DNA from: an uncultured Chloroflexia bacterium
Lineage (GTDB): Bacteria > Chloroflexota > Dehalococcoidia > SZUA-161
Length of the DNA: 64,000 nt
Assembly (NCBI GenBank): GCA_963847595.1
Contig: CAWKAJ010000002.1
Span: 77,068 to 141,067 of the forward strand
Direction: 5' to 3'
Notes under the pieces: generated by a model
Databases searched by the model: none
What the model saw: the letters and a program-made list of their open reading frames with translations, nothing else
Told to the model about the DNA's origin: nothing
Shown: piece after piece, positions 32,865 to 40,751 of the stretch
Position numbering within the stretch: position 1 is the first letter of the stretch
Layout: each line of letters opens with the position of its first letter
Position numbers and translations under genes: made by a program

Positions 32865-32995
32865 TCATAGCCGTCACTGCCCACCAGTCACTGTCGATTG
32901 GCCCCGTGAGTCTTTGAGCGTTTCGGGCCGGGCTGTGGCCCGGAACCCGTCACAGCCGCCGGCTCAGCTCCGTCGGCATAGCTACCCGCGTGAAA
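32865..32995. repeat. Decayed copy of the 3' end and downstream region of the primase-P-loop gene (partner 36035..36165)
   Basis: Direct repeat of ~130 bp at ~75-80% identity. The stop codon of the intact copy (TAA at 36057) is replaced by CAA here. Confidence 0.6.
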
Positions 32996-33084
32996 ACCCT
33001 TTATAGCCTTCATTGCCGTCACCGGGGTAGGATGGATTCAATGTACACCAAAGTCAGGTAGAATAAAGAGACGGAGGTGTCGGC

Positions 33085-33333
33085 ATGCAAGTGATTGCGC
33101 AAGGAAGGTATACCATAGAATTCCGCCAGGAAGCGGTCAAACTGTTAACCGAGGAGAAGTTATCGTTACCAGAGGCAGCCCGCAGGTTGTCTTCGGGGCC
33201 TTCAACGATACGTTGCTGGGTAAAGGTATTTAAGGCTACCAAGCTGGGAGAAATTGGCAAGGGGCAAAGACCACTGACTGATGTTGAGATGTGTATACTT
33301 CAGAATAGGTACTTGGTCACCTGTCACGTCTAA
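33085..33333 (+). mobile_element. IS3-family transposase OrfA (HTH) remnant, no OrfB
   Basis: YTIEFRQEAVKLLTEEKLSLPEAARRLSSGPSTIRCWVKVFK...LTDVEMCILQ matches IS3 OrfA (FKxEAV, WVK, leucine-zipper start). It is truncated, with a minus-strand gene immediately after. A GGAGGTG RBS is present. Confidence 0.5.
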
Positions 33334-33902
33334 CTAACGGAATTTCCTAGTGAATCGCGAATAGATTCGCGTTTCGCCATCTGGTTTGCACTGTCGATAT
33401 TCTCCTTTTCAGGTATAACAACTTGAATACCCAGCGATGCAAGTAAGCGGGTTAGGAAAAGCGACGTAACTTCTTCCCAAGTTCTCCTCTCTCCGGAGAA
33501 AGCCAGCACAACAGGGTTGTCCTGTTCACCTATTGCTACGTCCTTCAGAAAAGATTCGAACTTGTTTCTGTCCCTCTGCGACAGGCTATAAGTCAGTGTA
33601 TCAATTACCTTGTCCAGAGTTACAAAGTGAGGCAAAATTTGTTTACGCCCCATTGCTCGGGTAAGCACAAGCCGAGCGAAAGTGGAAGGGCCTAACCCCT
33701 CCTCCTTGGCAATGTCACGCAGGCGTGTCAACTCCTCACCAGTTAGACGGACAGCCAAGAACGACGAACGCTTTTGTCTGGCTTGAGCTTTGTTAATCCT
33801 CGACTTGTATCCTTCAGCCAGCGGCCCACGTCCCTCCCAATACTTTCTTTCCTCCTCCAGTGATTGAAACTCTGGAACCCCAGTATCCTTCATTCTTTTC
33901 AT
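33330..33902 (-). CDS. BrnA-like/ribbon-helix-helix antitoxin domain protein with ~100-aa C-terminal extension
   Basis: N-terminal VPEFQSLEEERKYWEGRG...KRSSFLAVRLTGEELTRLRDIAKEEGLGPSTFARLVL resembles BrnA/RHH antitoxins. A brnT-like pseudogene lies directly upstream. Confidence 0.45.
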   Translation of the reverse strand: MKRMKDTGVPEFQSLEEERKYWEGRGPLAEGYKSRINKAQARQKRSSFLAVRLTGEELTRLRDIAKEEGLGPSTFARLVLTRAMGRKQILPHFVTLDKVIDTLTYSLSQRDRNKFESFLKDVAIGEQDNPVVLAFSGERRTWEEVTSLFLTRLLASLGIQVVIPEKENIDSANQMAKRESIRDSLGNSVS

Positions 33903-33916
33903 AGTCCCACTCTTCC

Positions 33917-34192
33917 TTATCCTTTTCTTGCTTTGTTTCTGTATCTACGCTCGTAGTGTTCGCTCATTTCGAAAGCGGTTACTGGTCTGAACAACCCTTT
34001 ACCAACTTGCTCAACCACCACGTTGAGATATTTGCCGGCCGCAGTTTGTCCGCTCAGGACATATGTTAGGTTACTTTCTCTCCTGCTTAGATGTGCCCCA
34101 AAGCAGATGTCTTCAACCTCCTCAGGGTTTACGTCGTGGCGCGCGATATGCTCGATATTTTCGTCATCCTATTCAAGCTCACTAATTCTCAA
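33917..34192 (-). pseudogene. brnT-like toxin gene inactivated by in-frame TAG at the conserved Trp
   Basis: The minus-strand translation LRISELE*DDENIEHIARHDVNPEEVEDI...FRPVTAFEMSEHYERRYRN aligns to the BrnT consensus MKFEWDENKNRSNIAKHGVSFEEA...RIISARKATKKER. The TAG (complement of 34169-34171) occupies the position of the EWD Trp. Confidence 0.5.
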
Positions 34193-34579
34193 TCACTTCT
34201 TCCCTTTGTTTAGGGTGTCACAATGTGACACAATTGTCAAGACATGTATGTGCTTCATACTGTCCTTTCACATAGGCAAATCTCTATGCCTCAAGCGCAT
34301 ACAACCCTGAGATTCTGGCTATGGGGCTTATGATAAGCGCGGCTTATAGTGCTTCAGCCTTTTCTGATGGCTTGTCACCGAAGTTCTTGATTATGATACA
34401 GCATAATCAGGATGGGATTTTTTGTAGGAAGACTCATTGAAAGCTGAGGGTACATATGGATGAAATGTGACTTGGAGCAGCATCAGCAAAGTAATTTGTG
34501 TTATGGGCGCTTACACAGACTTGACAAATACCTGCAGATGGAGTATCTTCAATGTAGATACCATGAATGGAGGTTTGAA

Positions 34580-34822
34580 ATGAGAACCCGTGTCCAGAAA
34601 TGGGGCAACAGCCTTGCCTTGCGTATCCCGAAATCTTTCGCAACCGAAGTAGGACTCCAGAGAGAAACGTCTGTTGAGGTATCGCTGGCAGATGGGAAAC
34701 TCGTTATCACACCCGTAACTGAACCGAAGCTGAACCTTGAACAACTTCTGGCAAAGGTCACGAAAGAAAACTTGCATCACGAAGTTGATACGGGCCCCTT
34801 CACAGGTAATGAAACATGGTAA
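34580..34822 (+). CDS. mazE: MazE/AbrB-type antitoxin
   Basis: VQKWGNSLALRIPKSFATEVGL...DGKLVITP is the SpoVT/AbrB swapped-hairpin signature. A GGAGG RBS is present. The stop overlaps the mazF start (ATGGTAA). Confidence 0.8.
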   Translation: MRTRVQKWGNSLALRIPKSFATEVGLQRETSVEVSLADGKLVITPVTEPKLNLEQLLAKVTKENLHHEVDTGPFTGNETW

Positions 34823-35163
34823 GCTCGCGAACTTATGTTCCACAATGTGGGGATGTGGTACGGATTACCTTGAATCCGCAAGCAGGTCATGAACAAGCAG
34901 GACGTCGTCCTGCTGTGGTACTCTCACCTCAAAGCTATAACGGGAAAACTGGGCTAGCTATCCTTTGTCCCATTACCAACCAGATTAAAGGCTATCCATT
35001 CGAGGTTCTTATCCCTGCGGGGTTGTCGGTCGCGGGGGCGATCTTGTCCGACCAGGTCAAGAGCTTAGATTGGCGCGCTAGAAATGCAGAATTGGTCTGC
35101 ACCTTGCCCACCGATACTATCTCGGAGGTGCTCCAGAAGTTGGTTACGTTGTTATCGCAGTAG
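34816..35163 (+). CDS. mazF: MazF/PemK-family endoribonuclease toxin
   Basis: GDVVRITLNPQAGHEQAGRRPAVVLS...LAILCPITNQIKGYPFEV...ILSDQVKSLDWRAR is the classic MazF/PemK pattern. Confidence 0.85.
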   Translation: MVSSRTYVPQCGDVVRITLNPQAGHEQAGRRPAVVLSPQSYNGKTGLAILCPITNQIKGYPFEVLIPAGLSVAGAILSDQVKSLDWRARNAELVCTLPTDTISEVLQKLVTLLSQ

Positions 35164-36056
35164 GGAAATGCTTTTCAGAGCAATTTTCATAGCAATAAGA
35201 CCTTTTGAATTACCTTAATCGGAGTGATAGAAGAGTAAGATCACCTCGGTTAATACCTTCCTTTCATTTCACAGACTGACATCCTATCTGAACTGTTAGC
35301 TACATACAAAATGTAGACCATCGACATCTTGCTGCTGGAAGCCTATTACAGACACCACCTTCACGGAGGAGGAATGTCCTATACAATGTCGCATGCAGAA
35401 AACAGTCGCACTATGTAAGTTATACGTACAATTCTGAAGCTATCCATGAGATATTACTGTGAGGACCATACGAAGCGCAAGAGGGCACCTTTGTCACAAC
35501 CACTATATCAAACCGAGTACTTATCTGCTTCTGGCGTAGAAAAATAGTATGAACCAATGCAGGCAGTATTGCGCCAGAGCTGTTATTAATGGGCGCCTGT
35601 CAGCGGACCAACAAGATCACGGGTGAGTCATCAATTCACGAACACTGGGATGTTTGATTTATTTGTACTATGACCATATTTCCGACAAGCAGTTATTCAG
35701 TATTCTACCGCAATCTACTTCTCTACTGACTCCGTCATTATTCTAAGGCGACTCGCTCGATGAGACCCTCGAAAACGCTTCCATTCAAGGGGCTATTTTC
35801 TCCCCATAGATCCGATAAACCATGTCTCCGATGCCTCCATTTTCAGGTCCGGGGTCAAGACAGCGCACACTGCGAAACACTATTTCAGGCAGTTTCTTTT
35901 TCCTCGAGTCGCCTATTCCGCTGTCATCTCCCATAGCGCGTTGATTTCAAGCAGGACAGGGAGCAGAGCCTTGGGGCACATCGTTCCCGTTGACTTCTGG
36001 GTATTCAGGAACGGGTCGAAAACCAACTAGCCTTGGTAGCCGTCACTGCCCACCAT

Positions 36057-38798
36057 TCACTGGTGATTAGCCCTGTGAGTCTTGGAGCGTATCCGGCCAG
36101 GCTGTGTTCCGGAACCCGTCACACTGACCGGAGCGGCTTCCTCAGCAGCAGGCTCGGTCGGCGCCTCAATGCCCCACCTATCGCAGACACTCGTCAGCTG
36201 CCCGGGCTGAATATAGTACATCACGCCTGTGGCAGTCCTCTTCTTCGATCTGGGACTGTGCAACAGGCCGAGGTTTTTCAAGCTGTATCCGACACTCTGC
36301 GGCACATCCCTGGGCAAATGGCTCCCTGCCAGAACCTGCCTGAGCTGCCCTTCCATCTCCTTTGCGGCAATCCATTTAGCCTCAGCTCCATCTTTTCCCA
36401 CCAGGGATACCAATACTTCCATCAAGGCCAGGTCGAATTCCTCGAGCCCGCTGTCCGAGCCCTCAGCTGAGGCCTCGCGGGCATACTCCACCAGCCGATC
36501 CAACACGCCATCGGCCCCACGCTCGTCCAGGAGCTTGGCCACGGAGAACAGGGGCAGCCACAATTCGTGGTCCCGGTTCAGGAGTATCCTGAGGCTGGCT
36601 TCGTCGGCGTAGAGCTGCCTCACCTCAGGGAAGTGGCCCAGCGCGAAGCAATACAGCTCGTGTCTCATGCCGGCCCAGTCCTCGCCGTTATCGGAAAGCT
36701 CCACCCTGCCGATTTCGGGGTTCTCGGTCCTCAACATGTTTATAGATATGCACCGGCTGCCCAGGATGTCCTCTATGGGGTCTATGCTGGCGATCATCTT
36801 GGGGCTGTACACGTCGTACTGTATCGCCATCAAACCTTTATCCGGGACGGCCTCCGCCCTGATGGCGGCGGCCCCCTTCTTGCACCCCGCCCTGAGTAGG
36901 CCCAGGAGCTCGCGGCTGTCCCGGTCCCTGGCCCCTCTCAGATTCTCCGCCTCGTCCAGGCCCACGCAACACCGGGAGGACTGCACCAACCTGAAGGTGG
37001 CGCTGGGGGTGATGCCGGAGGCCAGCACCATGTTGAATGCCAGCTTGGAGGCGAGCCTCATGGTCTGGGTCTTGCCGGTGCCCTTAAACCCGTAGAGGTG
37101 CAGATAGGGGTAGCTGGTGAACAGCGGGAACAGATAGCTCGCCATGCACCATATGGCCAGGATCTCTGCCTCCACGGGGTCCCTGAAATCTATGTGCCTT
37201 CTCACTATGCCCAGCAGCCTGGAGAAGGTTTGGCCAGGGTCCGGGTCATCTCCATCCAGGAACCTGTCTATATCGGCCTTCCTCCAGCGCTTCTCGCAGG
37301 GGGCTTTGGGTTCGCTCCGGAACAGGACGCGTTGCCCCCTTATCTCAAGCCCTCTCCCGTACGGCTCCAGCCTCTGCCTGTCGCTGGTGATCAGATAGGG
37401 CCTGGTAACTACCCTATTATCGATTTTCATATCCAAAGCCACGCTTACCACCCCTATTTGCTCCAGGTAGTCCAGCGCGGGGTGTATGGCCAGGCACGCG
37501 CCTTCATCGATATCCTCTGCACCAATGCCTGCGGCCCTTTCCTCCTCACCTCTGGCCTCCTTCAGGTGTGCTGCAAACTGCCCGCGGGTGATGCCCAGGC
37601 CCTTGACCACCTTCCTCCGGTATTGAGGCAGATCGAACTCGGCCAACGTGGCCATGAAGCGGAAGAGCCCTTCCACCTCGTCAGCCCGGCGCGCGCCGTT
37701 AAGTGCCGCGATACGCCCCAGCATGCTATCGACGAGATCGGGTGATTTGTTCAACAGGCTCCTAAACTGGTCCTTGGAACAGCGTAGAGGTCCCTTGGCG
37801 GATTCATAGAGGTCTCTCCCGTGCGTGGCCGCTGGGACCAGGTAAGGCATGATGCCTATACCTTTGGTGATGCGCTTGCCCAGGGCAAGCGCATCACCAA
37901 AGGCGTCAGGGATAAAACAAATATAAATTGGGTCGCGGCCCGCCAGAAGCGGCAGCCACTGCTCCGGCAGCGTGCCCCGCGGCACAAACAGGCAATTCAC
38001 TGACCAATCCACCAGAGCCATAAGGTCCCCGAAGCTCAGCACGATGACTAGCTCCCCCTTGTCGCCCTCGGCCACCGATCGTAAGGGCAAACCTTTCACA
38101 AGTTCATTTGGGGGCAGGTCCAGGTATGTGGGCCAGGTAGACTTTTCCAGGGCTTTCCCTGTCATAAATACCACCCGACCCCGGGAGTGGACCGGAATGG
38201 TGACCCTGTTTTGAAAGAAGTCGCTGCCGTCCTCTCTGAGCACACCGGCCTTTTTGGCCAACTCGATATCGAAGCCCTTCCCGGCCAGATACTGGGCCAG
38301 GTTGGCTCCCTGAGCCCATCCTAGCTTTAGTTTCATCACTGAAGCTTCATCCTGAGCAACCTTTTCCACCACTTCCTCCAGGCGAGCCCTATCTTGCACC
38401 AGGGCCTTGTGATAGAGATCGACTGTGGCCTCCAGGACATCCCCCATGGCTCTGAGTTCCAGCTCTGATGGTGCATCCGGTTGGGGCAGCGCGGGCTTCA
38501 GTATCCCTGCCCTGTCGGCAAGCATGTTCCTGGCTTGTATGAAATCCACCCCCTTCAATTCCCGAACCAGGTCGAATACATCTCCCCACCTGGCGCACCC
38601 GGAACAGCGGTAGGATTGGTCATCGACGTACACCGCGAAGCCTGCATGGCCGCCCTGGGGCAAAGGACAGGGGCACTTGAGCTCCGACGGAACAGTTTCA
38701 TCGAATCCTGGGAAGTCGGGAACGAACTCAGGCAGCACGTCCTGGATGGGATTGGCTGCCCTCACCTCCTCTGTGAACCCTGTTGTGATTCCTTTCAT
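36057..38798 (-). CDS. Primase-like replication protein: N-terminal zf-CHC2 zinc finger, Toprim-like domain, and a C-terminal P-loop NTPase (SF3-helicase/DUF3631-like) domain
   Basis: CPCPLPQGGHAGFAVYVDDQSYRCSGCARWGDVFDLV matches the DnaG zf-CHC2 pattern (CPFH...F.V....YHCFGCG..G). The C-terminal region has a Walker A motif (LYGFKGTGKTQTM) and a Walker B motif (VGLDEAENL). The gene has high GC. Confidence 0.65.
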   Translation of the reverse strand: MKGITTGFTEEVRAANPIQDVLPEFVPDFPGFDETVPSELKCPCPLPQGGHAGFAVYVDDQSYRCSGCARWGDVFDLVRELKGVDFIQARNMLADRAGILKPALPQPDAPSELELRAMGDVLEATVDLYHKALVQDRARLEEVVEKVAQDEASVMKLKLGWAQGANLAQYLAGKGFDIELAKKAGVLREDGSDFFQNRVTIPVHSRGRVVFMTGKALEKSTWPTYLDLPPNELVKGLPLRSVAEGDKGELVIVLSFGDLMALVDWSVNCLFVPRGTLPEQWLPLLAGRDPIYICFIPDAFGDALALGKRITKGIGIMPYLVPAATHGRDLYESAKGPLRCSKDQFRSLLNKSPDLVDSMLGRIAALNGARRADEVEGLFRFMATLAEFDLPQYRRKVVKGLGITRGQFAAHLKEARGEEERAAGIGAEDIDEGACLAIHPALDYLEQIGVVSVALDMKIDNRVVTRPYLITSDRQRLEPYGRGLEIRGQRVLFRSEPKAPCEKRWRKADIDRFLDGDDPDPGQTFSRLLGIVRRHIDFRDPVEAEILAIWCMASYLFPLFTSYPYLHLYGFKGTGKTQTMRLASKLAFNMVLASGITPSATFRLVQSSRCCVGLDEAENLRGARDRDSRELLGLLRAGCKKGAAAIRAEAVPDKGLMAIQYDVYSPKMIASIDPIEDILGSRCISINMLRTENPEIGRVELSDNGEDWAGMRHELYCFALGHFPEVRQLYADEASLRILLNRDHELWLPLFSVAKLLDERGADGVLDRLVEYAREASAEGSDSGLEEFDLALMEVLVSLVGKDGAEAKWIAAKEMEGQLRQVLAGSHLPRDVPQSVGYSLKNLGLLHSPRSKKRTATGVMYYIQPGQLTSVCDRWGIEAPTEPAAEEAAPVSVTGSGTQPGRIRSKTHRANHQ

Positions 38799-40057
38799 GT
38801 TCCCCTCCCTTGTCTTAAGGCTTGGCTATGCCCTGGCTTCAGGTTCAGCCATTCAGAGTAAGGTGCGCGCCTAAGAGTCCTATGGGACCAGGTTGCTCCA
38901 AAGCAGGGCAGAACCCGGAACTACCGACCCCGTCTCCCGCTGCCTTGTGCTATGGGCCGGCGTTTTCTCTAGCTTCCCTCTGCGCAGGTATGGTGTTGAC
39001 CACGGCCCAACGAGCAGCAAGCCCACGACAGGGGTTCTTGAGTTAGTCCAGTGCCCGTTTGGAAGGCCCCTAGCCCCAAGCGTCTCCCCCGGTTCAGCGC
39101 AGCTAGTAACAGGGCGGGCGATTCTCCGGAGACTACATTATACGACCTTCGCCCCAGTTTTCAAGAGCGGTTTCGCTGCTACTTTTGACCGGTCGAAGCC
39201 AGGCCACACGTGGAACAAAGGGGAAATCTCCCCGGCCACCCTGGCCAACACAGGGTGCCCCGCAAAGGAGGAGCCAATTCAACACATTTCCTGCCTGCCG
39301 GCATTATATTATGCCAAGTTAGCTCTGCTTTTGCTGGGGATTTCACTGGCACTTTGGTACTCCCTCAAGGGGGCTGACTATTTCGGACCTTGGGGAGAGC
39401 GCGGGGTTTGAGAAAGCGGGGTGCCCCTGGAGGAGGAGCCCAGGGCAGTACGCGAGGGCTTGCGGAGGGGAGAAACCTGGCACTGTGGCTGTTCTTGCCG
39501 CTCGGTGGCGCAGACGGTAGCTATTATGGCTGGGGGGAGACGTGGGCGGGTAGCCGGGTTTCTACGGCTTATCAGTCCAGAAGCACTCAGCCCATGGAGA
39601 GGTATGGCTCTCCTTCCTGATCATGCCGGCTTTGACCGGGGCTCCCTGGTCTCGCTGTTTCTCCCTCGCTCCGCATGATGAGCAGACACTCCCTAATTGG
39701 AGCGATGCGTTAATGTTTGGCACACGTATCATGGCCAAAGTTGGCCAGAGAGTCCTTAGCCTTCTGGCCAGGCTCGCGGATAAGGAGCCTATGGAACACG
39801 AGTCCCTCGAAGGGTCGGCAGAGGAAGCGGTTCCGCTCGGCGTTCCCGCAACAAATCATACTCCGCCGGGGCAGTCAAGCCGAGACAAGAGGGGGGAATG
39901 TGCTCCTAACGTGTTGAGTCTTGGAGCCCCATCATCGTCAAGTTTAAGAAAGTGGTAAGCGAATAGCAGAGGCAAAGGGCAGGAGGGGCGGAGCGTAATG
40001 CCAATGCGGTACCGCAGAACGTCGGCCCCCTAGGTTCACTGGGAGCAGCGTCGCTAG

Positions 40058-40306
40058 CTATTCTGAGTAGAAGTGCGGTTCGAGTTCGGTCTCAGGGATG
40101 TACCGCGCGGCTTGGCGCATAATAGCCCGTATTGTGCCGGGATCGAGCTCGGTGTGCAGAGGAATAGTCAGCGTCTGCTTTTCTCCGCTTTGGCCTATCC
40201 TGCGCAGTTTGACGTGGCTGCCCCTCTGGGAGTGGACATGAAAGCCAAACGCGGCCATGATGGTCAGCACCTGGCCTCCCGAGAGGCGCTTCAGCCTAGG
40301 GGACAA
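40058..40306 (-). CDS. hicA: HicA-family mRNA interferase toxin
   Basis: LSGGQVLTIMAAFGFHVHSQRGSHVKLRR...TLTIPLHTELDPGTIRAIMRQA is a YcfA/HicA fold pattern. Confidence 0.7.
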   Translation of the reverse strand: MSPRLKRLSGGQVLTIMAAFGFHVHSQRGSHVKLRRIGQSGEKQTLTIPLHTELDPGTIRAIMRQAARYIPETELEPHFYSE

Positions 40307-40523
40307 CCACAGGCTCCAACTCGAATGTCACCAAGAGCGATGGGTTAGGGGCGAGGTCGAAGTCAGCCAGGTCTTCGCCTTCAAGGTGCAGTGCCACCGC
40401 CTCCTGGAGATTTGAGATGGTTTCATCTAGGGTCTCGCCTTGGGTGACAACTGGTATCTCCAAGCACTCCGCAACATAATACTTCTCACCCTTATGCACA
40501 AATGCCTTGATCGAATGGCGCAC
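40296..40523 (-). CDS. hicB: HicB-family antitoxin (UPF0150)
   Basis: KGEKYYVAECLEIPVVTQGETLDETISNLQEAVALHLE matches HicB N-terminal domain consensus. It overlaps hicA by 11 nt. Confidence 0.65.
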   Translation of the reverse strand: MRHSIKAFVHKGEKYYVAECLEIPVVTQGETLDETISNLQEAVALHLEGEDLADFDLAPNPSLLVTFELEPVVVP

Positions 40524-40751
40524 AACTACCCCCTCTATTCGATACGGGTGTCGACTACTGCATACACCCTGTTGCTAAACATTTTAAACCCAGCTCATTG
40601 TTTCTGCAACTTGCTGTACCTTCTGGCACTGTGCAGATCGGGACAGGGTTCCTCTAAGCCTAATGTGTGGTCCCTGCCCTTTCTATAGGCGTCTCAGCAG
40701 AGGCAATTACCGAAAACCGCCAGAAAGCCCGCATGTCCGTGTCGGTGATGA

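Noticed and set aside
37098-37745. Long plus-strand ORF (215 aa) inside the minus-strand primase-P-loop gene, with a similar ORF (41940..42329, minus strand) inside the plus-strand paralog; the two are mutually similar
   Set aside because: They are antisense to strongly supported genes. Their mutual similarity simply mirrors the sense-strand paralogy in GC-rich DNA, and they have no independent start or RBS support.
38822-39958. Several overlapping plus-strand ORFs (74-172 aa) in the GC-rich spacer
   Set aside because: They are low-complexity Pro/Ala/Gly/Arg-rich translations typical of high-GC non-coding DNA. The frames overlap one another, and there are no RBSs or recognisable domains.
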